A stretch of 51,333 bases of DNA from positions 1 through 51,333 of the forward strand of contig NIVC01001243.1 of assembly GCA_002269645.1 (NCBI GenBank), in the 5' to 3' direction. Made by a program: the position numbers and the translations under genes. Of this stretch, positions 24,229 through 38,300 are shown in pieces (within the stretch, counting starts at the first letter, position 1; each line of letters starts with the position of its first letter). The notes beneath the pieces were generated by a model, which was given only the letters and a program-made list of their open reading frames with translations, had not been told where the DNA came from and did not search any database. The stretch is from Macrostomum lignano. Lineage: Eukaryota.

Positions 24229-24311
24229 TTTGACCCAACCAATGGAGGAGCTCTCAGCCAGATAAGATAGTTGCGGATAAAAGAATATAGGTAAGTATAA
24301 ATATCCCTCAC

Positions 24312-24594
24312 CAAAGCTTTGCCTCTGCTGCTGCATCCGCCTGGGATCCGAGGGCCTCGCGACGCCGCCGGGTCCTCCTCTGGCGGCGCTGGCATCGCCG
24401 CCTGGACCTGCCGGTCCCCTGCCCAACATGTCGATGCCCCAGCCGCCGACAGTGTCGATTTTAAAAAAATCTGCCGCCTCGTCTCGATTAGCGAATTTCT
24501 CCTGATCGTACCGACTGTACGCCAGGTGCTGCGTTGGTCGCTGCTGGTGCGCGGGATTCGAACCCACCGACTGGCGCGAATGCTGGTGATGATG
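24312..24594 (-). CDS. CDC73: Parafibromin exon 4
   Basis: CTGCAG|CAT ... TTT G|GTGAGG; AYSRYDQEKF...FKIDT matches YNRYDQERF...FKIDT. Confidence 0.88.
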
Positions 24595-24666
24595 CTGCAG
24601 GTTTGGAGCAGGAGAAATTCGTTAGTTTAAGGGTCTGATCGGAGAGATACTGCACTCGAAACTAGG

Positions 24667-25281
24667 GATCTGGGAGGCTGGCCCAGCAACTGACACTCTG
24701 GGAGGCTGGCCCAGCAACTGACACTCTGGGAGGCTGGCCCAGCAACTGACACTCTGGGAGGCTGGCCCAGCAACTGACACTCTGGGAGGCTGGCCCAGCA
24801 ACTGAGGAGCTGGGAGGCTGGCCCAGAAACTGAGGATCTGGGAGGCTGGCAAAGAAACTGAGGACCTGGGAGGCTGGCACAGCAACCGAGGATCTGGGAG
24901 GCTGGCAAAGAAACTGAGGACCTGGGAGGCTGGCACAGCAACCGAGGATCTGGGAGGCTGGCACAGAAACTGAGGACCTGGGAGGCTGGCACAGCAACCG
25001 AGGATCTGGGAGGCTGGCCCAGAAACTGAGGACCTGGGAGGCTGGCCCAGCAACCGAGGATCTGGGAGGCTGGCCCAGCAACTGAGGATCTGGGAGGCTG
25101 GCCCAGCAACTGAGGATCTGGGAGGCTGGCACAGCAACCGAGGATCTGGAAGGCTGGCACAGCAACTGAGGACCTGGGAGGCTGGCACAGCAACCGAGGA
25201 TCTGGGAGGCTGGCACAGAAACTGAGGACCTGGGAGGCTGGCACAGCAACCGAGGATCTGGGAGGCTGGCACAGAAACTGA
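24667..25281. repeat. 28-bp minisatellite (CTGGGAGGCTGGCCCAGCAACTGAGGAT), ~22 copies; CDC73 intron 3
   Basis: Direct periodicity. Confidence 0.95.
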
Positions 25282-25360
25282 GGATCTGGAAGGCTGGCCC
25301 GTAAACCTAGTCTATCAAATCAAGTCAAACTATGACCTCAACTCGCTCAGACAGACTTAC

Positions 25361-25684
25361 ACCTCCAGAAGCAGTCACAGCGGACGAGTTAGCAATGGCA
25401 TTGGCGCCCTCCTCGCGCGCTCGCACGGCCCGCAGCACGCCATTGAGCACAGAGTCGGCAAAGTTTCTCGTTGCCGCCTGCAGACAGGAATTCCTGTCGC
25501 GATGCAGTCGCTCGCGCGACACGAGATCGCGTAACAGGCTAAGATCTTCGCTGAAAAAGCTGCCCCCGATGGCGCCAGAATCGGCGCCAGCCAGGGCGCC
25601 GCCGCTCTCGTCCGGTTTGATGCTGTCACGAATTTTCACTCGGCGCTTCGCTCGGAGAGCGTGGATTTTCTCGATTGTCATCAC
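25361..25684 (-). CDS. CDC73: Parafibromin exon 3
   Basis: TCCAG|GTG ATG ACA ATC GAG AAA ATC ... GGT|GTAAGT; EKIHALRAKR, DIVSRER-like LVSRERLHRDRNSCLQ. Confidence 0.88.
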
Positions 25685-25717
25685 CTGGAGATTCGCGAGT
25701 TGGGACAGTGAGGGCGA

Positions 25718-26010
25718 TTAATCATGATTAGATAATTAGGGCAATTGATAATAATTAGATTATGACGGCAATAAAGATGATTAGATTATCAGGGCATTTA
25801 ATGATAATTATATAATCAGAGCAATTAATGATCATTACATAATGAAGGCAAAAAAGATGATTAGATAATACCGGCAAAAAGATTAGATAATGAGGGCAAT
25901 TCATGATAATTAGATATGAAGGGCGATTAATAATGATTAGATAATGAGGGAAATTACTGATGATTAGAAAATGACGGCAAAAAAGATAATTAGATAATGA
26001 GGGCAACAAT
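25718..26010. repeat. Degenerate AT-rich ~21-30-bp repeat (GATAATTAGATAATGAGGGCAAT); CDC73 intron 2
   Basis: Recurrent ATTAGATAATGA motif fills almost the whole intron. Confidence 0.8.
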
Positions 26011-26023
26011 AACATATTTATAC

Positions 26024-26729
26024 CTGACTAAGCGTTGATCCTTCGAATCTCTCCGGCAGCACTGCAGGCCTAGCAGCGCCAGTCTCGTCAACCAGTTTAG
26101 CCGCTAATCTCTCTCGCTCCTTCATCGACCGCTGCACAGCTGCCAGCTGATCAGCTTCGCTAACCGCCGTCTGAGCCGGGGCAGCTGAGCCAGCCTGCAG
26201 TCCGGAAGCATCAGTTGCAGCCGCAGTAGACGATTGCGCAACAATTCCGCTACTACTATTAGTAGCATCATTGGCACCACTCGAATCTAAATCGATTCTG
26301 GCCCGTTTAGCCAACGAATGCGAGTCGCTGTGATCGGCGGAGACGGCCGACGACGAGACATCGGCAGCGTCTGCAGATCTGACGGCGTCAAGATCCACTG
26401 TTGACAGAGCGGCAGAGGCATCAGTGGAGACGGCGGCGGCAGCAGAGGGAACAGACGGTTCCATACTAGACGCACCAGCTGCTGCCGCTGCAGCCACCGG
26501 CCTCTGCGCCGACATGTCCAGCGGAGCTGATCGATCAATCTTGTCCGAAGTGGCCGACTTGCCAGTGAGATAGTTGAGCAAGTCTCGGCGGTCGGGCAGA
26601 CGAACAACTGGCACACCGGCGGCTGCGGCTGTGCGCACATACTGGGCATGGTTGTGCCGGACATTGCGGAGCAGGTAGAGAATGCACTCTAGGGTGTAGT
26701 AGTCCTTGCTGCTGTCTGGCCGGTTTGTT
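26024..26729 (-). CDS. CDC73: Parafibromin exon 2
   Basis: GACCAG|A ACA AAC (phase 2) ... CAG|GTATAA; YYTLECILYLLRNV, VVRLPDRRDLLNYLTG, IDRSAPL. Confidence 0.9.
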
Positions 26730-26883
26730 CTGGTCAGTTGGGTGTGGAGATGGTGCAACATTTTGTTCAATGAATATAAATTGGAGTTTTTTTATTGTAC
26801 ATATAAATTGCTGTAGATATTTTTTGTCAAAACTATGACCTATGTTTATGAATTGGTGTATACATAAGACAAATATAATAGCT

Positions 26884-26885
<2 letters not shown>

Positions 26886-26944
<59 letters not shown>

Positions 26945-26948
26945 CTCA
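26886..26948. repeat. (TC)n microsatellite, ~30 units
   Basis: Direct. Confidence 0.95.
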
Positions 26949-29900
26949 CCAATAAAAGTCACTTAAACTGACTGGTTGAAAACCTCTGGGACAAGGTAGA
27001 GCCAGACTGAACAGTGTTTTAAAAGTACATCCCACATATTTACAGCTGCTCATCCATTTTATCAGGTCACTGAGAAAAAGAAGACTTAAGAGACTACTTT
27101 GCATTGCATTACACACTAATTTTTGGCCTGACAAAGAGCCCAAAGGCTTGAAACTGGTGGTATATATACTAAATTTATAAAATGCAATGACCTCTCTTCT
27201 CTTCTCTCTCTCTCTCTACCTACCTCTCTCTCACCAAAAATATGCAAAGTCTGACATGTGCTTCTATTACAATTTAGCCAATTATTTATTGCCAAGGCAA
27301 TGGGCTAATTACTTTTGTTTGACCGTCTGGAATAAGTGACTTACTCACTGACTAACTCAAGCAAATGCTCATGCCTTTGTCAAGTTTTTTTATTATCAAT
27401 TATTTTTATATAAATTTTAGATAGTTGCTTTAAAATTGCAAAAGAGAGATGTAAACCCTAAGTGAAATAAACAATTTTATTCTCAAAATAAACAGGCACA
27501 ATGCCAATAGACAAAATAGAGACAGTTTAAAACTGATTTTTTATTTGATATTAAAAGATTATTTTTAACAGAACCTTTTAAAAATGAAAATGAAAATCTA
27601 GTTTTGATTTTTCTCATTGGTAGCAATATAATTGAAAGCTTAGAAAGGCAGAGACATGAAACTTGATTACTTAAATTATAAAACCTGAAATGTCTATACT
27701 TAAACCAGAATATATTAATATCAGCTCTACTATGGCTTTATTGATATATACTAACACAATGTATACTAAATTATATATTAAATGATAAACTAGTTTGAAG
27801 TTGAAATCCTGACTTAGAATAGTGGGATAAGGCACAAAATCTAAACCAATAGGATTCTAGATAAATATAAAAGAAATGGGATATATAGATCTTAGATACA
27901 TAGGTATATAGACTAAGACCCTAGAAAATAGATAGAAATAGCAAATGGGATATAGGAATCAATGTAAATAAAAAAGGTAAGGATTATTGCTTATAGACAT
28001 ACTGGGTTACTGACTTTAGACTGCCAAAATTTGACTCTCTGTCAAAAGTCTGGCAGTGAAAAGCTATTACTTTTATTATGTTTATTTTTACTGTCAAGTC
28101 ATAAGACACTATCTGGACACTATAAAATTTATTTATATTAATAGTTAACAATTGCATTAATTGATCACATTTGATAGACAGATAAAACATTTTTAGTATA
28201 TTGATTCATTCAAACATATAAACCTTAGAGATTTAGTATATTTAGATAGCATTAACTTATGTAAGCTTGTTAAAGTTGATAATGAGAACCACTAAATTAC
28301 CATAATATCAAGAATGTATTTCTTCATTTTTTACTTAACAACCTCCTATTATTTGCACTATAAGTTTGTTATTTAATTAAGATATTATTTGTTTTATATA
28401 TTAACCATAAAAATAACCATGTTGCTATTAATATAAAATAGTCAGGAAAGTGTCATCTATGCTAGAATTTTCTGGTCCTCATTGGGGTGCATACTTGAAT
28501 CTAAAAGAATTATATTTGGCATACAAAAAGTGGTGTTCTAAGCTATTTGAAAATTGGTGCAAACATGTTTCTAAATCCAAATCCAAATCCAATCTAAATC
28601 CAAAAAATGTCTTACTTTTTTTACAATTATTTCCAAGTATTTTGAATGTGCTTTTGAATATGAAAAAATCAAGAAACCTAAACAAATTAAAAACATAAAA
28701 GAAATAAAACTTTTAAAATATGAAAGCATATTAAAAAACAAAATGCTACATTTTATGTCTTTTGAATTCATTTTTGATATAGTGATTTCCAATAGATATT
28801 CAGACAAATGATTCAAATAAATGAGTGTTCTGTTTAACAAAGATTTTCAATGCAGACTATATTTTAGCTATCTTTACATGCATCTAAGAGCTTTTTTTAT
28901 CTAAAAGTTTTCATTTTTATAGTTCAATTAAAGATATGATAAACAAAAAATAAGTTATATGCCTTTTTCTATTTCTATGCCTATCTTGGCAACAACAATA
29001 CATAATATATCCCTTGTTTTAAATTGACATTGCGAGCACTCCTAGTTGATATTTATATTAAGCAAAATTGTGCTTGAAGTGCATCTGGACTAAAATTAAA
29101 AAAAGCTTAAATAATGCATTTGATATTTTTGCTGCTGCACTTTGTTGTTTCTTTTGTCTCTAAGTCCTAAATATTAGTTACATATATTAATGTGTGTCCC
29201 AATTTTAAAATAAAGCTTTAGATACTTAAAATTACTAAAATGTTTTGCCTATATTTAAAAACAAATTATGTCAATCAATCTAACATTAATTTTGCAATAA
29301 CATCCTTACAAGAAAGTTATATATCAAGTAAAGTTACTAAATGTTAGGACATTTAAGGCATTGAACTAAAAGTTGCAAAAAAATTTTGGTAAAAATTGTT
29401 TAAGTGTAATTAGACATAAATTGGCTCTTAGGTTCTTAGGAATGTAAATATATAGGTATTATAATAAGCCTTCATAATTTTTGCTATTTATCCAAAATTG
29501 TATTAATTTTGTTTTAGGGTTTTTTCATATATAAATGACATTTTTGGTCAAACTCAAAAAGTAAGTCATATAGAAATAGTCAGTATAAATCAGGATTGCA
29601 TATATATATTGTTTAAATAGTTATCATAATAATAAATAACAATTGCTTGTTTATACAATACTACTTATTAAGCCAAAATAGTAGTAATAGTAACCTACTT
29701 AATAGTAATAATACTACTAGGCAAAATTGCCAAAATAAAAATAGGTCTACTTTTCAAAATCATTGAAAACATTAGGCGAAATCCAAAAACGTGGGATAAA
29801 ACGGTAAAACAAATCTGCAGACATTCGATGGAAAGTAATGCATTTAAAAAAGGTTTTTGAAAGATAGATAGGTCTTTAGAAAATAGTTCTGGATAAAAAC

Positions 29901-30364
29901 TATTGTTTTCATGCTTTATATTGTTGAATAAATAAGAAAAAACCACAAAAAATCATTTTGAAAGTCCGAGTTGACCAATTTGCAATTTTTTGTTTCATTT
30001 TTTTCATTATTAAACAATTAATTTTAAGACTTGTAGGCCTTAGAGAAGGCTAATTTTTTTACTACTTACAAAACAGAAAGTAATCTGTGTTTTACTTTTT
30101 ATTCAATTCAAAAAGATGAAGTATTTCTAAGGATTTCAAAGTTTTTCTAAAACCATATAAACTCGCAAAAAAACATACTAATATAAAGTGCAAAGTTTGC
30201 CAGCAAACATCTTTCTCTCAAAGTAAATATATCGCTAATTCCTTGTTGCAAAATAATCTTTAAGTTGTTTTCTTTCATTTAAATATCAACTTGCATAGTA
30301 TGAGTATTTGTAATATGCCTATATTTAGACTTAAAAATTTTGGGTAAAAAATGGTACCACAAAA

Positions 30365-31070
30365 TGTGAACCCGGCATCCAAATCAGATGCTTACTGTAT
30401 GCTTATTAAGCAACGAAGAACAATGAAATTACACTAAAACATGTATCATTGCGGTGTATATGCAGGAAAAAAAGAATTTTACAAATCGCTTTAGTAGAAG
30501 CTGAGTAAAATGCAATTTTCCAATCCTTATGGGAATTCCAATGTGTTACCCGGCTTCCAAATCAGATGCTTACTGTATGCTCATTAAGCGACGAAGAACA
30601 ACAAAATTACACTAAAACATGTATCATCGCGGCGTGTATGCAGGAAAAAAAGAATTTTCCAAATCGCTTTAGTAGAAGCTGAGTAAAATGCAATTTTCCA
30701 ATCCTTATGGGAATTCCAATGTGTTACCTGGCTTCCAAATCAGATGCTTACTGTGTGCTCATTAAGCGACGAAGAACAACGAAATTACACTAAAACATGT
30801 ATCATCGCGGCGTGTATGCAGGAAAAAAAGAATTTTACAAATCGCTTTAGTAGAAGCTGAGTAAAATGCAATTTTCCAATCCTTATGGGAATTCCAATGT
30901 GTTACCCGGCTTCCAAATCAGATGCTTACTGTATGCTCATTAAGCGACAAGGAACAATGAAATTACACTAAAACATGTATCATCGCGGCGTGTATGCAGG
31001 AAAAAAAGAATTTTCCAAATCGCTTTAGTAGAAGCTGAATAAAATGCAATTTTCTGATCCTTACGGGAAT
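30365..31070. repeat. 178-bp tandem repeat, ~4 copies
   Basis: CCAAATCAGATG at 30379, 30557, 30735, 30913. Confidence 0.93.
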
Positions 31071-32337
31071 TTGTATGTTTAAATAATAAACTTTAAATGT
31101 TGAACACAATTTATTGCAAACAAACTCTACAAAATACATGTTGTCAAGAGTAACGAAAGTGATAAACAAATAAACCCTTGAAAATAATGTTAAATAGGGT
31201 AAGATCTCATCAACCGAACAAGGGATCTTCAAAACCGAACATGCAAGTGACTTTCGTTTTTACTGTCTCATTGGAAATATATTTAAAGAGTCTATAAAAG
31301 TGCCATATCATTTGAAAGAAAACATTCTCATCTACAAAATGAGATAAAGTTTAGACAATCTACTCAATAGATACTCGAGAAAATGAGCATTATTGATAGA
31401 AATTATTAAAGAAATACGCGTTTCAGAGTTTTTTCTTGATTTGGGATGTCTGCAGAAGAATTGGTCTACAGACCACAATTTTTAACTTACATTCAAAACA
31501 AAATACTTTTTGAATTCAGTGTTAAATTTTCTACAAAGTAATATAACACACATACCAATCTGATGTATAGTTAAGCAAAAAATTCTAGTGTTCGGTTGAT
31601 GATACCAAATTACATGTTCGGTTCGGTTTTCAGATTTCAGAATCATCAACCGAACAGAAGAATCTTCAAAACCGAACGAACAAAAATTGTCCAAAAAAAC
31701 TTATTTCTCGCTTGATTCTTCTACCTTACATTGAATAAGATCTTTTTTTTAAAAGAACAACTCATTTAAGCCACGTAATTGCAAATATTTTTTGCTTAAA
31801 AATGTACCAATTTTAATGCAAAATACATAGGAGGATTTTTCCATTTTGACAAAATATTCCTATTAAATGCTTTTATTTCTACTAACAGTAGCTAAAAGCG
31901 ACATATAATTCCATATACATTTTCTTTTAAGAATTCTGCAACATAGAAAAGAAGATCGAATCAACAAGACAGGCCAAGATAGGCGCGGCCTACTAGGCCT
32001 AATGGTTGCCGCTTTACTGTATAATTGAAGAGTAAAAGGCCTAGTAAACGTCTAATTTAATTTAATTGTAAATAAGTACAATTACGAGTATTGTAACTGT
32101 AAGTAATACGAGCAAAGCCAAAGGCACAATATAAAATTTAATAATATGACTACAATAATATACATTTAGTAAAACCCTTATTAGAAAAGAAACAGATATA
32201 TGCTAGGCTATAGGCCTAGGCCCTATCAGAACGGGGAAATTTCAAAGATCTGACAAATTATATGATGGTAGGACGGAGAACTATACAAGGCGGTGAAGAG
32301 TCGCCTACTCCCAGATATATTAATAGACAAATGCAGA

Positions 32338-35300
32338 GAGGCGCCCTTAATACATGTAGATTGATGGACAGAAGCAGTTAGAGAGGCGCCCTTCATACAT
32401 GTAGATTGATGGACAGAAGCAGTTAGAGAGGCGCCCTTCATACATGTAGATTGATGGACAGAAACAGTTAGAGAGGCGCCCTTCATACATGTAGATTGAT
32501 GGACAGAAGCAGTTAGAGAGCGCCCTTGATCCAAGTAGATTGATAGACAGAAGCAGTTAGAGAGGCGCCATTCATACATGTAGATTGATAGACAGAAGCA
32601 GTTAGAGAGGCGCCCTTCATACATGTAGATTGATAGACAGAAGCAGTTAGAGAGGCGCCCTTCATACATGTAGATTGATAGACAGAAGCAGTTAGAGAGG
32701 CGCCCTTCATACATGTAGATTGATAGACAGAAGCAGTTAGAGAGGCGCCCTTCATACATGTAGATTGATGGACAGAATTCGCAGTTAGAGAGGCGCCATT
32801 CATACATGTAGATTGATGGACAGAAGCAGTTAGAGAGGCGCCCTTCATACATGTAGATTGATAGACAGAAGCAGTTAGAGAGGCGCCCTTCATACATGTA
32901 GATTGATAGACAGAAACAGTTAAAGAGGCGCCCTTCATACAAGTAGATTGATAGACAGAAGCAGTTAGAGAGGCGCCCTTCATACATGTAGATTGATGGA
33001 AAGAATTCGCAGTTAGAGAGGCGCCCTTCATACAAGTAGATTGATGGACAGAATTCGCAGTTAGAGAGGCGCCATTCATACATGTAGATTGATGGACAGA
33101 AGCAGTTAGAGAGGCGCCCTTCATACATGTAGATTGATGGACAGAAGCAGTTAGAGAGGCGCCCTTCATACATGTAGATTGATAGACAGAAGCAGTTAGA
33201 GAGGCGCCCTTCATACATGTAGATTGATAGACAGAAGCAGTTAGAGAGGCGCCATTCATACATGTAGATTGATAGACAGAAGCAGTTAGAGAGGCGCCCT
33301 TCATACAAGTAGATTGATGGACAGAATTCGCAGTTAGAGAGGCGCCATTCATACATGTAGATTGATGGACAGAATTCGCAGTTAGAGAGGCGCCCTTCAT
33401 ACATGTAGATTGATGGACAGAAGCAGTTAGAGAGGCGCCCTTCATACATGTAGATTGATGCAGGACAGAAGCAGTTAGAGAGGCGCCCTTCATACAAGTA
33501 GATTGATGGACAGAAGCAGTTAGAGAGGCGCCCTTCATACATGTAGATTGATGGACGGAAGCAGTTAGAGAGGCGCCCTTCATACATGTAGATTGATGGA
33601 CAGAAGCAGTTAGAGAGGCGCCCTTGATCCAAGTAGATTGATAGACAGAAGCAGTTAGAGAGGCGCCCTTCATACATGTAGATTGATGGACAGAAGCAGT
33701 TAGAGAGGCGCCCTTCATACATGTAGATTGATAGACAGAAGCAGTTAGAGAGGCGCCCTTCATACATGTAGATTGATGGACAGAATTCGCAGTTAGAGAG
33801 GCGCCCTTCATACATGTAGATTGATAGACAGAAGCAGTTAGAGAGGCGCCCTTCATACATGTAGATTGATGGACAGAAGCAGTTAGAGAGGCGCCCTTGA
33901 TCCAAGTAGATTGATAGACAGAAGCAGTTAGAGAGGCGCCCTTGATCCAAGTAGATTGATAGACAGAAGCAGTTAGAGAGGCGCCCTTCATACATGTAGA
34001 TTGATGGACAGAAGCAGTTAGAGAGCGCCCTTGATCCAAGTAGATTGATAGACAGAAGCAGTTAGAGAGGCGCCATTCATACATGTAGATTGATAGACAG
34101 AAGCAGTTAGAGAGGCGCCCTTCATACAAGTAGATTGATGGACAGAATTCGCAGTTAGAGAGGCGCCCTTCATACATGTAGATTGATGGACAGAAGCAGT
34201 TAGAGAGGCGCCCTTGATCCAAGTAGATTGATAGACAGAAGCAGTTAGAGAGGCGCCCTTGATCCAAGTAGATTGATAGACAGAAGCAGTTAGAGAGGCG
34301 CCCTTGATCCAAGTAGATTGATAGACAGAAGCAGTTAGAGAGGCGCCCTTCATACATGTAGATTGATGGACAGATGCAGTTAGAGAGGCGCCCTTCATAC
34401 ATGTAGATTGATGGACAGAAGCAGTTAGAGAGGCGCCCTTGATCCAAGTAGATTGATAGACAGAAGCAGTTAGAGAGGCGCCCTTGATCCAAGTAGATTG
34501 ATAGACAGAAGCAGTTAGAGAGGCGCCCTTGATCCAAGTAGATTGATAGACAGAAGCAGTTAGAGAGGCGCCCTTCATACATGTAGATTGATGGACAGAA
34601 GCAGTTAGAGAGGCGCCCTTCATACATGTAGATTGATGGACAGAAGCAGTTAGAGAGGCGCCCTTCATACATGTAGATTGATGGACAGAAGCAGTTAGAG
34701 AGGCGCCTTTCATACATGTAGATTGATGGACAGAAGCAGTTAGAGAGGCGCCCTTCATACATGTAGATTGATGGACAGAAGCAGTTAGAGAGGCGCCCTT
34801 CATACATGTAGATTGATGGACAGAAGCAGTTAGAGAGGCGCCTTTCATACATGTAGATTGATGGACAGAAGCAGTTAGAGAGGCGCCCTTCATACATGTA
34901 GATTGATGGACAGAAGCAGTTAGAGAGGCGCCCTTGATCCAAGTAGATTGATAGACAGAAGCAGTTAGAGAGGCGCCCTTGATCCAAGTAGATTGATAGA
35001 CAGAAGCAGTTAGAGAGGCGCCCTTCATACAAGTAGATTGATGGACAGAATTCGCAGTTAGAGAGGCGCCCTTCATACATGTAGATTGATGGACAGAAGC
35101 AGTTAGAGAGGCGCCCTTGATCCAAGTAGATTGATAGACAGAAGCAGTTAGAGAGGCGCCCTTGATCCAAGTAGATTGATAGACAGAAGCAGTTAGAGAG
35201 GCGCCCTTCATACATGTAGATTGATGGACAGAAGCAGTTAGAGAGGCGCCCTTCATACATGTAGATTGATGGACAGAAGCAGTTAGAGAGGCGCCCTTCA

Positions 35301-38300
35301 TACATGTAGATTGATGGACAGAAGCAGTTAGAGAGGCGCCTTTCATACATGTAGATTGATGGACAGAAGCAGTTAGAGAGGCGCCCTTCATACATGTAGA
35401 TTGATGGAAAGAATTCGCAGTTAGAGAGGCGCCCTTCATACATGTAGATTGATGGACAGAAGCAGTTAGAGAGGCGCCCTTCATACATGTAGATTGATAG
35501 ACAGAAGCAGTTAGAGAGGCGCCCTTGATCCAAGTAGATTGATAGACAGAAGCAGTTAGAGAGGCGCCCTTGATCCAAGTAGATTGATAGACAGAAGCAG
35601 TTAGAGAGGCGCCCTTCATACAAGTAGATTGATGGACAGAATTCGCAGTTAGAGAGGCGCCCTTCATACATGTAGATTGATGGACAGAAGCAGTTAGAGA
35701 GGCGCCCTTGATCCAAGTAGATTGATAGACAGAAGCAGTTAGAGAGGCGCCCTTGATCCAAGTAGATTGATAGACAGAAGCAGTTAGAGAGGCGCCCTTC
35801 ATACATGTAGATTGATGGACAGAAGCAGTTAGAGAGGCGCCCTTCATACATGTAGATTGATGGACAGAAGCAGTTAGAGAGGCGCCCTTCATACAAGTAG
35901 ATTGATGGACAGAATTCGCAGTTAGAGAGGCGCCCTTCATACATGTAGATTGATGGACAGAAGCAGTTAGAGAGGCGCCATTCATACATGTAGATTGATA
36001 GACAGAAGCAGTTAGAGAGGCGCCCTTGATCCAAGTAGATTGATAGACAGAAGCAGTTAGAGAGGCGCCCTTCATACATGTAGATTGATGGACAGAAGCA
36101 GTTAGAGAGGCGCCCTTCATACATGTAGATTGATGGACAGAAGCAGTTAGAGAGGCGCCCTTGATCAAGTAGATTGATAGACAGAAGCAGTTAGAGAGGC
36201 GCCCTTCATACATGTAGATTGATGGACAGAAGCAGTTAGAGAGGCACCCTTCATACATGTAGATTGATGGACAGAAGCAGTTAGAGAGGCGCCCTTCATA
36301 CATGTAGATTGATGGACAGAAGCAGTTAGAGAGGCGCCTTTCATACATGTAGATTGATGGACAGAAGCAGTTAGAGAGGCGCCCTTCATACATGTAGATT
36401 GATGGACAGAAGCAGTTAGAGAGGCGCCCTTCATACATGTAGATTGATGGACAGAAGCAGTTAGAGAGGCGCCCTTCATACATGTAGATTGATAGACAGA
36501 AGCAGTTAGAGAGGCGCCCTTGATCCAAGTAGATTGATAGACAGAAGCAGTTAGAGAGGCGCCCTTGATCCAAGTAGATTGATAGACAGAAGCAGTTAGA
36601 GAGGCGCCCTTCATACAAGTAGATTGATGGACAGAATTCGCAGTTAGAGAGGCGCCCTTCATACATGTAGATTGATGGACAGAAGCAGTTAGAGAGGCGC
36701 CCTTGATCCAAGTAGATTGATAGACAGAAGCAGTTAGAGAGGCGCCCTTGATCCAAGTAGATTGATAGACAGAAGCAGTTAGAGAGGCGCCCTTCATACA
36801 TGTAGATTGATGGACAGAAGCAGTTAGAGAGGCGCCCTTCATACATGTAGATTGATGGACAGAAGCAGTTAGAGAGGCGCCCTTCATACATGTAGATTGA
36901 TGGACAGAAGCAGTTAGAGAGGCGCCTTTCATACATGTAGATTGATGGACAGAAGCAGTTAGAGAGGCGCCCTTCATACATGTAGATTGATGGACAGAAG
37001 CAGTTAGAGAGGCGCCCTTCATACATGTAGATTGATGGACAGAAGCAGTTAGAGAGGCGCCCTTCATACATGTAGATTGATAGACAGAAGCAGTTAGAGA
37101 GGCGCCCTTGATCCAAGTAGATTGATAGACAGAAGCAGTTAGAGAGGCGCCCTTGATCCAAGTAGATTGATAGACAGAAGCAGTTAGAGAGGCGCCCTTC
37201 ATACAAGTAGATTGATGGACAGAATTCGCAGTTAGAGAGGCGCCCTTCATACATGTAGATTGATGGACAGAAGCAGTTAGAGAGGCGCCCTTGATCCAAG
37301 TAGATTGATAGACAGAAGCAGTTAGAGAGGCGCCCTTGATCCAAGTAGATTGATAGACAGAAGCAGTTAGAGAGGCGCCCTTCATACATGTAGATTGATG
37401 GACAGAAGCAGTTAGAGAGGCGCCCTTCATACATGTAGATTGATGGACAGAAGCAGTTAGAGAGGCGCCCTTCATACATGTAGATTGATGGACAGAAGCA
37501 GTTAGAGAGGCGCCTTTCATACATGTAGATTGATGGACAGAAGCAGTTAGAGAGGCGCCCTTGATCCAAGTAGATTGATAGACAGAAGCAGTTAGAGAGG
37601 CGCCCTTGATCCAAGTAGATTGATAGACAGAAGCAGTTAGAGAGGCGCCCTTCATACATGTAGATTGATGGACAGAAGCAGTTAGAGAGGCGCCCTTCAT
37701 ACATGTAGATTGATGGACAGAAGCAGTTAGAGAGGCGCCCTTGATCCAAGTAGATTGATAGACAGAAGCAGTTAGAGAGGCGCCCTTCATACATGTAGAT
37801 TGATGGACAGAAGCAGTTAGAGAGGCCCCTTCATACATGTAGATTGATGGACAGAAGCAGTTAGAGAGGCGCCCTTCATACATGTAGATTGATGGACAGA
37901 AGCAGTTAGAGAGGCGCCCTTCATACATGTAGATTGATGGACAGAAGCAGTTAGAGAGGCGCCCTTCATACATGTAGATTGATAGACAGAAGCAGTTAGA
38001 GAGGCGCCCTTGATCCAAGTAGATTGATAGACAGAAGCAGTTAGAGAGGCGCCCTTGATCCAAGTAGATTGATAGACAGAAGCAGTTAGAGAGGCGCCCT
38101 TCATACAAGTAGATTGATGGACAGAAGCAGTTAGAGAGGCGCCCTTCATACATGTAGATTGATGGACAGAAGCAGTTAGAGAGGCGCCATTCATACATGT
38201 AGATTGATAGACAGAAGCAGTTAGAGAGGCGCCCTTGATCCAAGTAGATTGATAGACAGAAGCAGTTAGAGAGGCGCCCTTCATACATGTAGATTGATAG

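Noticed and set aside
26960-27010. VENLWDK as a Tc1 transposase remnant (cf. IENLW)
   Set aside because: Only a few residues, flanked by stops; no other DDE motifs.
27984-31694. Short ORFs in AT-rich intron DNA
   Set aside because: Under 90 aa, I/K/F/L-biased as expected from composition, with no domains.
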